Positions 1 through 10,870 of a DNA stretch of 64,000 bases are shown one piece after another; position 1 is the first letter of the stretch, and the number at the start of each line of letters is the position of its first letter. This DNA comes from Cyanidioschyzon merolae (taxonomy: Eukaryota). The stretch is taken from the NCBI GenBank assembly GCA_000091205.1, contig AP006495.2, one strand, 5' to 3'. The notes under the pieces are model-generated. The model was not told the origin of the DNA, made no database searches, and saw nothing but the letters and a program-made list of their open reading frames with translations. Position numbers and translations under genes: made by a program.

Positions 1-253
1 TGACAGCAAGATTCCCGCGCATCCTCCAATTCGAGCTATCCGTACGAGGCTTCTTCGGCGTATGCCGCGTGATTAGCGTATGGACGAGAACGCGTTGAGA
101 CTCACCGAGCTTGCGCCATGAAAAGACTTACTGTTGCACGATCGCGGCTGCTACAGCGCAACGCAGGAATGTGCGCTTGCGAGCGTGCACGTCCGCGAAC
201 GCTGAGCGTAGCACGCGCTGGCACCTAAGGCCTCAGTTTTCGAGAACGCTCGC

Positions 254-3200
254 TCAGCGGAAACAGATATGCTTTTCTGCGGCCGTCACTGTACCTTGGG
301 CTTGCTCTGGAAAAACGGTTACGATGCCGCAACCGCATGCCACGAGCGCAGAGCAAGTTGGCACGAGCGTGAGCAGCGCGGGATCACCGACGCCCACCAG
401 TAAACTACGTGTTGTCGTCACCGATGCACTGATCACACCACGTTCCGCAGTTAGCTCGAGCCGTAACTCGTGACAGCGGAGCCAACGGTCAGTAGACCAC
501 GTCCACAGCTCCGCGTATAGATGAAAGAGCTCGTCAGCAGCGTGAACTAGCTGAACGCGACGGAGCTGCACGCCCACGAGTGCGCCGCTATGACGTCCGA
601 TGCGCTCACTACTCCAATGGCAAGCCTGGTTCGCCAGATTGCATAGATGAAACCGGAAGTGCTGATCATCGCCACCGGCAACCAAGAGTAACCAGTCATG
701 AGACTGGAGTCGGAACCAGTGGCCGTCCACTGCGTTCACCGCTGCGGCAAGGAAAGCCGACTGCTCCCAGCACGGTTCGAACGTCGCTGGATCCGCGAGT
801 GGAGCGTTCCCAGCGTCGAGCGTGCCGCGTCTCGCTCTGAGTTCAGCTGTGTGCCAGTCATGCGGCCAGACGTATAGTGCAACACTGCCACCAGTGTCGC
901 CGGCGAAAACGTACGCCGTACCTCGGATGCTACAGAGCGCTCGCGGGTAGGCGTAGGCTTGGCGTGGACGCACGGCTACCAGCGTCATCGTCGTGTACCA
1001 GTTTCGATCGGGGGAGCGTTGCTCAAACCGCTCTGTTTTGGCCCTAATGCCCGCAGGATGCCTGGCGTCGACATGCGGCTGGACCTGCAGTCGGTAAAGC
1101 GAGAGCGTACCATCGCTACGACCACAAAGCAACCAAGCCGTGAGCAGCTTGGGCTCGGTACGCTGCTCCGCAACTGCCAGTGTCGTCTGCGTCGCGTCCA
1201 GATGAGCGCCGTGCTGTCTATCGGTAGAAGACGCAGCTCCGAGCACCACAGCAGTCACGCGCGCTAACGACTCATCACTCGGTCGACATAGACTCGCGGC
1301 AAACGGTGCTCGACTGCGGGAGCGAATATACCGTGCAAGATGATTCAGGCCAGCAGCGGAAACCCGCCAGATGGCGAGGGTATCGCTACCACCACCACTG
1401 ACCAGCAGATACGCTTCAGCGTCCTGTACTGCGTCCATGGGAGTAGCAAGCGCTGCTCGGTCAGCTTCGAAATGGGGCCAAGGCAATGCGGCCAGCGTCA
1501 GTACCCCCGAAAAGTGGACCGCACTCCCTGAAGCGACGCGTTCCCAACTCGCTGCGGAGAACAGGCCTCCTTTGCTGAGACGCTGCACCTGCCACTGATA
1601 GAGATCCAGATTGGTATCCTCGGAGGCGGTTGCTATCCAGTACATGAGAGTTTCCCCTGCATGAGAGGCATATTCCCGGGTCGCTCGTGAGTGTTGCGGT
1701 ACACCCGCGACCTGTTCTCGTTGTTGTTGTGGCTGCTGCTGCTGCTGCTGCTGCTGCTGCCTTTGTTCCTTTTGTTCCAGTCGCTTTTGCCAATGCTGCG
1801 ATACCCGACTACCAGTTTCAGGTTCAAGCATCCGAGCATCCACATCGAGAGCGCACTGGCCGGACACCCGCAACACCACGAGGCCTTGGATGCGCATGCC
1901 GCTTCCTTGGAGACGTAGCCGCTGCGGCAGATACCAATAACAACGACAACAACCACCATCAGGTGACTGGAGGATGCGCTCGTACAGGTAAACGCTGCCC
2001 GCTTTCCAAAAGCCAAAACCAATCACGCGTCCGACTGCAGGTACATTGCGTTCGTAGAGCGTATGCGGTCGACGCCAACCTCCACACGGCACAAGAAACA
2101 ACGGCTGTGCGGTATCTAGGCGCCATATCCCGGCATACTGGCCCCGAAATCCCGACGCAAACAGCATCCGGGGACTTGCTGGCACCCGTGGATCACCGGG
2201 TTCCGCACACTCTGCCAGCTCCCAGAGGCAATCGCCCTGTTCGCATTCGGATGGACATTTTTCACGACTGCACTGGACAAGGCGAAGCCTAGAAGCGTCC
2301 GTTCCATATTCCAGCGCAAAGCGCGTAAAGGTCCCATCCATTGAAAGCAGACAGAGCATCGATGCGAGCGCCTGTGGCTTGCTGGAGCGAGCGCCATCGC
2401 CCGCTACCCCAGTTGGTGCGATGCTAGAGACGCGGTCGTCATGTGGTCGCACCAGTTGAATACACCCAAGTTCTGCACATGCTTCTGCACTTGACGACAA
2501 CCCGGGATGTAGGCGCACGTGACCGGAGCGATGACCTATCAGCAGGGCGATCACTGCTGCCGGTGAATGCAGTGCTGCGTCCTTTGGCGTGTTGCACGCT
2601 GCCCCTGTCAAGTTCGCAAAAAAATGGATACAAGACGGTTGCTGGACAATACCACGTGGTGCCGGAACCCGCGCAATAACGTGTGGTGCTGTTGGTGCCC
2701 GTTCGCGAGGCAGCAGCCGCTGCTCCAGCAACGACGCGATATCGAATACCAGCACGAGTCCGTCCGCAAAGGCGGCACCGAGGAGGCGATCCTGCCAGAG
2801 CTCCACCAGGGTTACGGGATGTGCCTCAGGGCGTGCGTTCCAGCATACCTGGTGCTGCAGCAGATGCCCAGATCTCGCATCCGAAGCGTTCATATGATCC
2901 AAATCCAGGCACAACGCTAAAATGGTGCTCTGGCGATGACTTGATCCCAGGAAGAGCCAGGGCCGACTCTTGGCCGCTGCGATACAGGCTGGCATGAAGT
3001 CCACGCTGTGGTCTCCGTGGAGCACCTCCGTCCACTTGAGTGCTTCCAGTTGCAGGGCGAGTACCCTTCTGGCGCTGGTGCTGATGCAGAGTAGTTGCGG
3101 GTTTGCCAAAACTGCCATAGCGCGAGCGTGCTCACGAACAGAGGGTCGTGCTGCTGCGCTGAGCGGCGGTAGCGGTGGTGCAGCAACCAAACCCTCCGGC

Positions 3201-4924
3201 CAAAAATGGAGCTGTTGACGAACCGATGCCTCCGCAGTCGTCGAGGTCAAGTTCGCCTCAGCGCTCCCGCGACCTGGGCATGCAGGATTTTCTGCAGCTG
3301 CGCGCTGCACGATTGTGGCCGGAAGTGCCGCTTCTCGCGGCCAGGGCACGGTATGGATGCTCACGGATCCATCTGCGCCGCCACTATAGAGCTTGAGCAA
3401 AGGCCATGGTCCAGCGACCGCATTTCGTGTCGAGAGAGCGGCTAGTGCGAGGTCCAGGCACCAGCAGTTGCGTTGTCGATGCCCTCGCCAGCAGTGCAGA
3501 CAGCAGTTGCGCTGCGCATCCCAGAGTCGCACAGTATCGTCTTCACCGACGCTGGCGACCATTAAATGGAGCTTTGGTGGCGACGCTTCCGACGCTGGAC
3601 AGGTGTAGGCTCGCACTGCCCAGGGACGGGCCTGGTGCCCCCGAAGGAGTGCGATTCGTTCGAGCCCAGCCACTTGGACTGCTTCAGGTGTCGAGCTGGC
3701 ACCGCATTCGCCTACACCAATGAACACAGGATCGACTGCTTGTACCGGGGTGCACGTTGTGCTCCCTGACAGGCCATTTGTAGCAACATCACACTGGACG
3801 CGAAAGCACTGTACGGTACGATCATCGCCACATGAGCACAACCAGAGCGTGTTGAGCGCTTCCGGACCAGTCCCGTTGGATAGGGAACCAGCGGGGATGC
3901 TGTCCCTGCGAATTGTGCCATTCGAAGCGGTAAGGAATGGTCTTGCCCAAACAACGCCGTAGATCGGCCCTCGATGTGCCTGATAACGTCGGCAGGATAG
4001 CGAGGATCGCTTCGGCTCGAAAACAGGCACGCTGAAGGAAGCCTCTCGCGTCAGAAACGTCGGGTTCTGCTGTGATGCCAGCGCTTGCACCAGAATAGAG
4101 CCATCCGCCGTACCGAACGCTACCAATGACGCAGTCGGTGAAAAGGCAGCAGACCAGTAACAAGCTCGCTCGAGACTACAGCAAGTCCTGATGTGGTGAA
4201 TCCGAGCGTCATTTGAACACGTTGTCGCCCTTAGGGCTAGGACACGTCCGTCCGCAAGCGCCAGGTAGAGTCGCAGACTGGCGGTATCGTTGGACTCTCG
4301 CTTCTCAGCAACGCGATGATGATGTGTTGCGTTTCTGTCCACGCTCGCAGGACAACCTGCTCCCGCAGCGGGTTCTCGTGTTCGTGATACGGACGAGGCG
4401 GAACGTGGCGACGCCTCTGCCGCCAAAGCAGGCTCTTCAACGACCCCACCTGGAGCGCTCCAGAGCTGTGGTTCGGAGACTGCGAGGATCCAAGCGTCAG
4501 CGGCATAGGTGATGCAGCGAACGGGCAGCTGTGCGTCATCGCATGGCCAGTGACACAGACAGAGGTGCCGTCCTCCAAATACCACAAGCCACTGGGACGC
4601 AGCAGTACCAGCTGCTGGTGGTGCTGGATCTAGTGATGAAGTCTCGATGCCGTGGATGAATTGACCTGCGGGCAGACAAGCAACGGTGCCCAGTAGACAC
4701 AATGGATCCTCGCGCCAAAGCTCCAGTAGGTGTCCAACGCCGACTCCAAGAATCCACTCCGTTTCTGTCGAGGTTCCTAAGCCGCACCTATTCAACCGTT
4801 TGAGTGCCGTAACAGGCCCTAGCTGTTGTTGTTGTTGCTGCTGCTGCTGCTGCTGCTGAGGTGCCATAGTCACCAGCAAAGGCCGCACTGCCGTCGTAAA
4901 GCTTCTCGCATCCCTGCTTGCCAC
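254..4924 (-). CDS. Large WD40-repeat protein (1556 aa) with polyglutamine tracts near both termini
   Basis: Single uninterrupted ORF. Several WD-repeat-like strings are present, e.g. SVGEDDTVRLWD and SGGADGSVSIHTV. Q12 and Q10-type runs are encoded by CTG/CAG tracts at about 1722-1770 and 4823-4858. Specific family not recognised. Confidence 0.55.
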   Translation of the reverse strand: MASRDARSFTTAVRPLLVTMAPQQQQQQQQQQQQLGPVTALKRLNRCGLGTSTETEWILGVGVGHLLELWREDPLCLLGTVACLPAGQFIHGIETSSLDPAPPAAGTAASQWLVVFGGRHLCLCHWPCDDAQLPVRCITYAADAWILAVSEPQLWSAPGGVVEEPALAAEASPRSASSVSRTREPAAGAGCPASVDRNATHHHRVAEKRESNDTASLRLYLALADGRVLALRATTCSNDARIHHIRTCCSLERACYWSAAFSPTASLVAFGTADGSILVQALASQQNPTFLTREASFSVPVFEPKRSSLSCRRYQAHRGPIYGVVWARPFLTASNGTIRRDSIPAGSLSNGTGPEALNTLWLCSCGDDRTVQCFRVQCDVATNGLSGSTTCTPVQAVDPVFIGVGECGASSTPEAVQVAGLERIALLRGHQARPWAVRAYTCPASEASPPKLHLMVASVGEDDTVRLWDAQRNCCLHCWRGHRQRNCWCLDLALAALSTRNAVAGPWPLLKLYSGGADGSVSIHTVPWPREAALPATIVQRAAAENPACPGRGSAEANLTSTTAEASVRQQLHFWPEGLVAAPPLPPLSAAARPSVREHARAMAVLANPQLLCISTSARRVLALQLEALKWTEVLHGDHSVDFMPACIAAAKSRPWLFLGSSHRQSTILALCLDLDHMNASDARSGHLLQHQVCWNARPEAHPVTLVELWQDRLLGAAFADGLVLVFDIASLLEQRLLPRERAPTAPHVIARVPAPRGIVQQPSCIHFFANLTGAACNTPKDAALHSPAAVIALLIGHRSGHVRLHPGLSSSAEACAELGCIQLVRPHDDRVSSIAPTGVAGDGARSSKPQALASMLCLLSMDGTFTRFALEYGTDASRLRLVQCSREKCPSECEQGDCLWELAECAEPGDPRVPASPRMLFASGFRGQYAGIWRLDTAQPLFLVPCGGWRRPHTLYERNVPAVGRVIGFGFWKAGSVYLYERILQSPDGGCCRCYWYLPQRLRLQGSGMRIQGLVVLRVSGQCALDVDARMLEPETGSRVSQHWQKRLEQKEQRQQQQQQQQQPQQQREQVAGVPQHSRATREYASHAGETLMYWIATASEDTNLDLYQWQVQRLSKGGLFSAASWERVASGSAVHFSGVLTLAALPWPHFEADRAALATPMDAVQDAEAYLLVSGGGSDTLAIWRVSAAGLNHLARYIRSRSRAPFAASLCRPSDESLARVTAVVLGAASSTDRQHGAHLDATQTTLAVAEQRTEPKLLTAWLLCGRSDGTLSLYRLQVQPHVDARHPAGIRAKTERFEQRSPDRNWYTTMTLVAVRPRQAYAYPRALCSIRGTAYVFAGDTGGSVALYVWPHDWHTAELRARRGTLDAGNAPLADPATFEPCWEQSAFLAAAVNAVDGHWFRLQSHDWLLLVAGGDDQHFRFHLCNLANQACHWSSERIGRHSGALVGVQLRRVQLVHAADELFHLYAELWTWSTDRWLRCHELRLELTAERGVISASVTTTRSLLVGVGDPALLTLVPTCSALVACGCGIVTVFPEQAQGTVTAAEKHICFR
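1722..1770. repeat. CTG/CAG trinucleotide tract (polyQ-encoding) inside the WD40 gene
   Basis: Direct reading: gttgttgttgtggctgctgctgctgctgctgctgctgctg. Confidence 0.9.
4823..4858. repeat. CTG/CAG trinucleotide tract (polyQ-encoding) at the N-terminus of the WD40 gene
   Basis: Direct reading: ctgttgttgttgttgctgctgctgctgctgctgctg, translated as Q12 in the minus-strand ORF. Confidence 0.9.
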
Positions 4925-5106
4925 CGGATCAAGGAAGCACGGGACTTATAAAATGGAGCCACCGATCGTTCCGAAAGCTGTTTTCAAGCGTGCTCTCCAG
5001 TCCTATAACGTACACCTTGTTCTGAGGCGAGCGCAAGCCCTCACTAGTCTACAACCGTACACCCATCTCCGAAACGAAATCTTCTCGATGAGGCGCTACC
5101 GATGAT

Positions 5107-5122
5107 CCCCCCCCCCCCCCCC
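5107..5122. repeat. Poly-C homopolymer (about 16 C)
   Basis: Direct reading in the intergenic region between the WD40 and SWIB genes. Confidence 0.9.
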
Positions 5123-5438
5123 AGATACCAGAGGTTCCCTGCGTCCTCTTTATGGCTGGTAGCACTACTCATGTACCACACTGCCACCGATAGAGCACTT
5201 CTTGCGGTACCTGTCGCTTCCTTGCATGATCCTGGATGCTTCCGCATAACCTCTACGGATACCATTTCGTGTTCATAGACGCATATGATCCGAGTGGCGC
5301 TCGAGCATGCGGCTACCAATCCTCGACATAGTCTCAGTGCATGAGCAGGTTTTAGCGGATAATGGTTTAAGGCGCGTGCCATAACCAAGAGCGACGACAA
5401 CATACTATTCAAGACTCGGTAAAGCGGCCCGAGCGGCC

Positions 5439-6644
5439 TCAACTTTCCGAGTCCAGTTCCGACTGAGAACCCCTACCGACCTCATCGTTGCGTTGAAGAG
5501 GTTGCAGATGTTTCCCCAGAAAGCGGTTCATCCCAAAAGCGGTGACTCGCGTCTCACCGTCGAAGACTCGCTGAAGTTTGGCATCGCATTGGATAACCTT
5601 GCGATCATTGGGATCCTGCAACTGCTGCTTCTTGATGTACTCCCAGAGGAGGCGCACCACTTCGCACCGGCTGAGGATGCGCGCGCCTCCACAGATGTCG
5701 CTCAGCGCCTCTGAGACCTGCAGCGGTTGCGCCAGTCCCGATGCTTTCCTCTTTCCCGTTGAGGGCGTCGACGAGCGGTGGCTATCCTGCGTCGACTGGG
5801 AACCACCACTCAATGGCGAAAATGATGCTCCCAGCGCTTTCTCTTTGAGATGCTGACGTCCAGCACGAACGCGTGCTCGTTTGGCTGGGATTTTCCGTCG
5901 CTGGGTGAGTCCCTTGGCTTCCCATTCCTGACGCCAGGCTTGGATTCGAGCTTGCTCCTCTGGTGCGCATTGACTTTCTTTTCGGATGTGCTGCTCGAGC
6001 AGTTTGTTCATTTCAAAGAATGATACCGAGTCGCGATCGGGAAAGAGCTTGGCAAGCGCCGCATCCGGACGAAAGCGCATCCCCTGGCTTGGATCTCGCA
6101 GTTCGTGTTCGCGAACATAAGCATGTAGCTGTTTTGCGATCCAGGGCCGCGGAAGAATATCCTGTCCGCCGCAGACTGCCGCGAGTTCGGGAGCAAGCAT
6201 GACCGGGGCCATGAGTCCAGTAAAGCGCAGCGGCGACTCGCGATAAGTGGCAGTGTCGTCGTCGTTCTCTTGCGAGCGCTTCGCTTTGTTTGATCGTCGT
6301 TTCCTGGTCGCGGACTCGATAACGCCTGGTGGACCTTCTGGGTCTGCGGTACGGTTCACCGAGGCGTTCGGCGCTGTAGCGTTGCCTCCACTGATAGGCT
6401 GCTCGCCGCTTGCGCCGCTCGCCGTTTGCATGCGCTCGCGCAGACACCGAAGAACGTGTTCTTTTATCCAGTTTTTTCGTGACGAAAAGTCGTAGCCACC
6501 GAACTTGAACGACAAATCCTGCAGTATGGAGCGCAGAGAGGCCTGCTTTATATCGGCGTGCCGCACCATCCATTCTAGCACTGGAAGCACAGCCTCGTTG
6601 GACGGACTCGCGTCGACGTGACGTTGTCCTGGAGAAGCACTCAT
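5439..6644 (-). CDS. DEK_C domain plus two SWIB/MDM2 domain protein (Uaf30/Tri1-like chromatin protein)
   Basis: The N-terminus has a DEK-C-like segment (ILQDLSFKFGG). Two SWIB-like segments follow: GLMAPVMLAPELAAVCGG...LHAYVREHELRDP and SEALSDICGGARILSRCEVVRLLWEYIKKQQLQDPNDRKVIQCDAKLQRVF. Confidence 0.7.
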   Translation of the reverse strand: MSASPGQRHVDASPSNEAVLPVLEWMVRHADIKQASLRSILQDLSFKFGGYDFSSRKNWIKEHVLRCLRERMQTASGASGEQPISGGNATAPNASVNRTADPEGPPGVIESATRKRRSNKAKRSQENDDDTATYRESPLRFTGLMAPVMLAPELAAVCGGQDILPRPWIAKQLHAYVREHELRDPSQGMRFRPDAALAKLFPDRDSVSFFEMNKLLEQHIRKESQCAPEEQARIQAWRQEWEAKGLTQRRKIPAKRARVRAGRQHLKEKALGASFSPLSGGSQSTQDSHRSSTPSTGKRKASGLAQPLQVSEALSDICGGARILSRCEVVRLLWEYIKKQQLQDPNDRKVIQCDAKLQRVFDGETRVTAFGMNRFLGKHLQPLQRNDEVGRGSQSELDSES

Positions 6645-7064
6645 GAGCAGAACGTGTTCAAGGGATTAGAGCGCCACAGCTCTGTGAGTCTGTGAAAGCT
6701 TCGGCTGCACTGGCGTGTGCCGTTCGTGCGCCAACAAAGCTCGTAGCTCGTCGTGCGCACCACAACCAGGTAGCGTTTTACTCGCTTCCCCGGGCAGCGC
6801 GTAGAGCACTGCTAGTCGCCAGACCAACAGACGCCTCACAAACCCTGAGCACTGGCAGTGCCTTGGCACACACAGTGCTGCTGTCGGAAGTTGAGGCAGC
6901 AAAAGAACCCACAAAGCAGGCGGTATGAACGAAACGGCCAGTTGCGTTTAGCGCGCGCTAGCTAGGGCTCAGCCCAGCCCAGGCCAAGCCAGGCCAGCTC
7001 CAGGAATGCCTGTTTTTGGCCATCTGGCATCCGCTGCGCTGCGCAATCCGAAACGGCTACGCAT

Positions 7065-7375
7065 GATCGATACGACTGCCCGGGGCAAGTATACAAAGAG
7101 GTATTCGCGCTGGAGGGAATGCTCTCTCTCTCTCTCTACATATATATAACGGTTCCGAGTAAGCGTGATGCGCTCGGAAACAGTGTAGGCTCGGATTGTT
7201 TTGGGGCGATACGATCGTTGATGCGCATGAAGATGTGCAAGACTGGTTTATCGATCGATACCACTGCCTGGGGCAAGTACGAAGAGGTATTCGCGCTGGA
7301 GGGAATGCACTCTCTGTCTCTCTCCATATATTTATACATAAAACGTTTCCGAGTGGGCGCGATGCGCTTACTTGA
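7065..7375. repeat. Two-copy imperfect repeat with about 186-bp period, each unit of about 120 bp, containing a (CT)n tract
   Basis: Unit 1 at about 7065-7190 and unit 2 at about 7251-7375 share the string ...ctgcc(c/t)ggggcaagta..aagaggtattcgcgctggagggaatgc.ctctct...aacg.ttccgagt..gcg.gatgcgct. The (ct)8 tract is at 7122-7137. Confidence 0.8.
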
Positions 7376-8200
7376 ATCGCACACGTGCGACGCTCCCGCA
7401 GGCTCTTCGATAAATGCACGGCACATCTTATGGTGTTGTTCGTGTACAGTTCAGACGCAGGGGTAGCTAAGAGGCTTACCCTGCTCACTCGCTCTATCTA
7501 CATTCGTGACTTTGACCTAGTCGACAGAACTAGCGGTGGAACGTGCGGCTTGAAACGTCTCCTGTCGTGGCAAGAGTACCAGCCAGGTTACCCGCGCACC
7601 ATAAGCGGAAACAGAGCACACCGTTCTCTATCCATTGTATGGAATGCAAGGGCGTTTTTACCGGCATTCCGGCGCAGAGGGATGCCGTCGAAACAACCGC
7701 ATGAAGAATCTTTCAAAACTATGGCGGTATGGCTGCGGAATCCCTACCAATTCGTAGTGACATGGTCTCATGCGATTCGCGACATGATCCCAGAGACACC
7801 GCACGGGAAAACTCAGCCATACAGGTGAAGGTTTGACTTTAGCATACGGTATGTATCTGGTCGAGAGATTGGTTGTTTCCATACCTAATTGTAAAACATA
7901 TAACATGCCGCCCGGTTCAGCGATGTGCTGCAAAGCGTACCCAAGTCATCGGGTCACAATTCATTCCAGGTTCCTTATCCTCCGTCAGAACACTGGAAAG
8001 CGCTCCAACAATGGATTCCATATCCGAACATGTTGTTCTCGGGAGAATGTCAGAAATTTGTATGCTCGTTTGCTCCCGTACACGGAAAAACCCGCCTTCC
8101 ATTCTCAAGTGCGGAGTGTCTCTCAAAAAAGCTCCGCTTCCGGGACGCGATCGATACGACGCAGCCGAGAGGCTGTCGCTTCGCATGCTGAGCATCGCAT

Positions 8201-9097
8201 TCATCTGATATCTTTGAAGGCTGCTTGTGGGCTGAGTAACTCCCATGGATACACAATCCATTCCGAACCAGCAACCTCTTTCCCGTAGAAATCAGGTGCT
8301 TCGCCCGAGCCAAAACGATTATTTTCCGGTTTGTAATGAAGGACTGCCACATGTGCGAGCGCTGCTCTCGCTCGTTCACATCGCAAGCGAACCGCTCGTG
8401 CCGTTCGACCCGAGTCGAAAACGTCGTCCACAATCAGGACCCGTTTTCCTTCGATGAGTTTCATGTCGGGAAACATGAGCGCCCGCGGTTCCTGCAGTCC
8501 GTAAAAGCGTTCTCCCGAGTCATCATAGAAAATAACAGTTGCAGTCAAAATGTTTCGATGCTCGAAGCGTTGTGCTAACAAGGTACAGGGAATGAGTCCA
8601 CCGCGTGTAATTCCAAGCAGCAGGTCGTAACAGACTCTTCCCCGACCGGGATGTGTGCTCAAGTTTTCCCCGCCAGTCGGTACTGACTTTTCCATCACTC
8701 GTGTCGCAAGGGCGTTCGCCAGCTCCTCAACTTCTGCCCAGGTCACAATCGTATACTTTCCCCGAAAGTTCGCCATTCCCGCTGCCGTATCACCGTGCGC
8801 AGGGCCCGATGCAGGTCTCACGCACGCAAAGACACCACGAAGCACTTTTCGTTCCGCATCGCTCCAAAAACTCCGCCTCCAGAAAGATCTTTCTGAGATA
8901 CATCTTTGAGCCGGCACCGGATACCGGACTCGGTGACCCGCTGCAGGTCGCCTGTCGTACCCGTGGACGCCCTTTCCGCGTGCCACAGCAGCACGAGCAT
9001 GCCAGCACAATGATGCACAGTCAGCAGTGACCGAAGCGAAAGCAGCAGCCGGAGAAACCTTCCCTCTCAAGACTGCCAAAAGCTGATCCGACGCAGT

Positions 9098-9128
<31 letters not shown>

Positions 9129-9229
9129 AAGTCGGGAACCTTCCGCTCCATAACATTGGCGTACCGGTTGCCTACCCGTGTGCCGCGTCTACAGTCCACA
9201 GACGCGCACATCTTTCGCTGTGCGTGCAC
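8201..9229 (-). CDS. gpt: Xanthine-guanine phosphoribosyltransferase, bacterial gpt-like, with an N-terminal extension of about 150 aa that includes a polyQ run
   Basis: KYTIVTW...GITRGGLIPCTLLAQRF...KRVLIVDDVFDSGRTARAV...WIVYPWE resembles the E. coli Gpt layout (KYIVTWDML...AVSRGGLVPGALLA...VIDDLVDTGGT...WIEQPWD). The catalytic core begins at an internal Met (MANFRGK, about 8776). The CTG tract at 9101-9127 encodes the Q11 run. Confidence 0.7.
9101..9127. repeat. CTG/CAG trinucleotide tract (encodes the Q11 run in the gpt N-terminal extension)
   Basis: Direct reading: (ctg)9. Confidence 0.9.
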
Positions 9230-10374
9230 GGCGCTTCGAGTGCTTCTACAAAGTACAATATATAAAAGTTTCTAGTGATAACCTAACCGGTATACTCGAG
9301 AGATGCGTCGACACACCAACGACTTTGGCGCGGGCGGCACGACACAAGCGCTTCAGACTGGAGCATTCTTCGATGACGCCGCCAACACCACCGTCGCAGA
9401 GCTTGCGTTGGTTACTTGACAGGAACAAGAGCTGTTGCAAGAGTCACTCCAGTGACTATTGCTATGGATTGGGGGAAATATAAGTTCCTGTGAAAGGGTT
9501 CATATTTGTGCGTTGCTAAGCGGCGGCGTTTATCCAACGAGTCCGGTTAGGTGCACCGAACCATCAACGTGAAGCGGGCGGGACGATCTTTCAAGCAACG
9601 CTCATGTTGCGGCACTGCCTGAAGAACCGAGTCCGCTTCTGCACCGGCGCTTCGTGCGATGAAAGGCATCGGGTAATTTCTTGATTGCCGGATCACAAGC
9701 TCAAAGTGAAACGCTCATAACGCCTAACGCCACCCTATTAGGCTCAGTTCACCGGTATCAGCTCCCGAGCGCGATGTACAGCAACGAACTTCTGTGTTGC
9801 GCTCGGCTTGCGAGCGAGTGCGCACCGAGAGCCTCGTGCTCGTCATCGCCGTTGACATGAGCGTCATCAAGCCACCAGTACTGCAACTATCCTTCCGAGG
9901 AGAATCGCATGGATCACATAGCGCTCCGCAGACAGTGTATGAAATAAGATGAAGGAACAAGCGCATCCGCAGGCAGTGTGCGTCGTCCGCTGCCGTACCG
10001 AGTAGCATGCACGCGCTCCAGTAATGCCCAGTACGATGGCAGTGAACTGAACAGTCCCCATGTTTGGCGTCTGCATCGAGCACTTCATGACAGCGTCGAA
10101 GCACACGAACTTGACCTGCCGATTATTCAAGGCTCCGCTGAAACCAGAAGCCACTTCCACGCGCAACGAAGACGCACCAACGTCGAGCGCAAAAACAACC
10201 GCCTGCGATACATGTCTGGCCTTGCATGTGAACACTCAGTGCGGAGAGACTTGTTCTCATGAGGACTTTCACCTCAATTGTTTTGCATTATCGGGTGCAT
10301 GTCATCAAATGCTCTTTCGCGGTTCATAGCAGATGCGTTCAACTTGCGTTCATTTGAAGAAACAAAAGTCCTAG

Positions 10375-10870
10375 GCTGAGGTATGGACATGGAGGTCGGG
10401 GATCCTGCAGGGCTGGTGTCCCCGGATGTTTGCGAAAAAACGACAGAAAAAATCCTCTTCCCTCCGGCCGTCGACAGAAGACGAGCAAGTGGCGACGACG
10501 AAGAAGAACAGGGCAGATGGGCGAAAAATGGTGTTTGCCCCACGAGACGATGCCGCAACTGTATTGGAAAAGAGGGCAGGAGTTCGAGGACTCCTTGCAT
10601 GGGTGCGCTCCACCAGATGCAATACATGCAAGGAGTTCCTGAACCGGGCCTTCAGCGCCGCCATCAATATCAGATGATGTGTGGTGCTGAAGACGAGACC
10701 CGAGGGGCTGAAGCGATCCAACTTTGTAGTGCAGTCTCTGATGCTCGAAGCGTACAAAGAGAAGCTGGAATCGATAGTAGACGCCCTGTCGACAAAGACT
10801 GGGACGTGTCTCCGGGTGGGTATTCATTTACCCCACATGTTCGTTGGGCAGTTTTTGTTTCACTGATCAG
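10375..10870 (+). mobile_element. 5'-truncated 3' fragment of a TnpB/Fanzor-like element (copy A)
   Basis: ...RAGVRGLLAWVRST...KEFLNRAFSAAINIR* at 10426-10677. This is followed by a conserved tail (MVLKTRPEGLKRSNFVVQ...YKEKLESIV) shared with copies at 28.2, 41.7, 52.4 and 58.8 kb. A 1-nt indel shifts frame relative to copy C. Confidence 0.6.

Noticed and set aside
111-473. 120-aa plus-strand ORF
   Set aside because: It is antisense within the 3' end of the WD40 gene, with GC-driven ORF-like composition.
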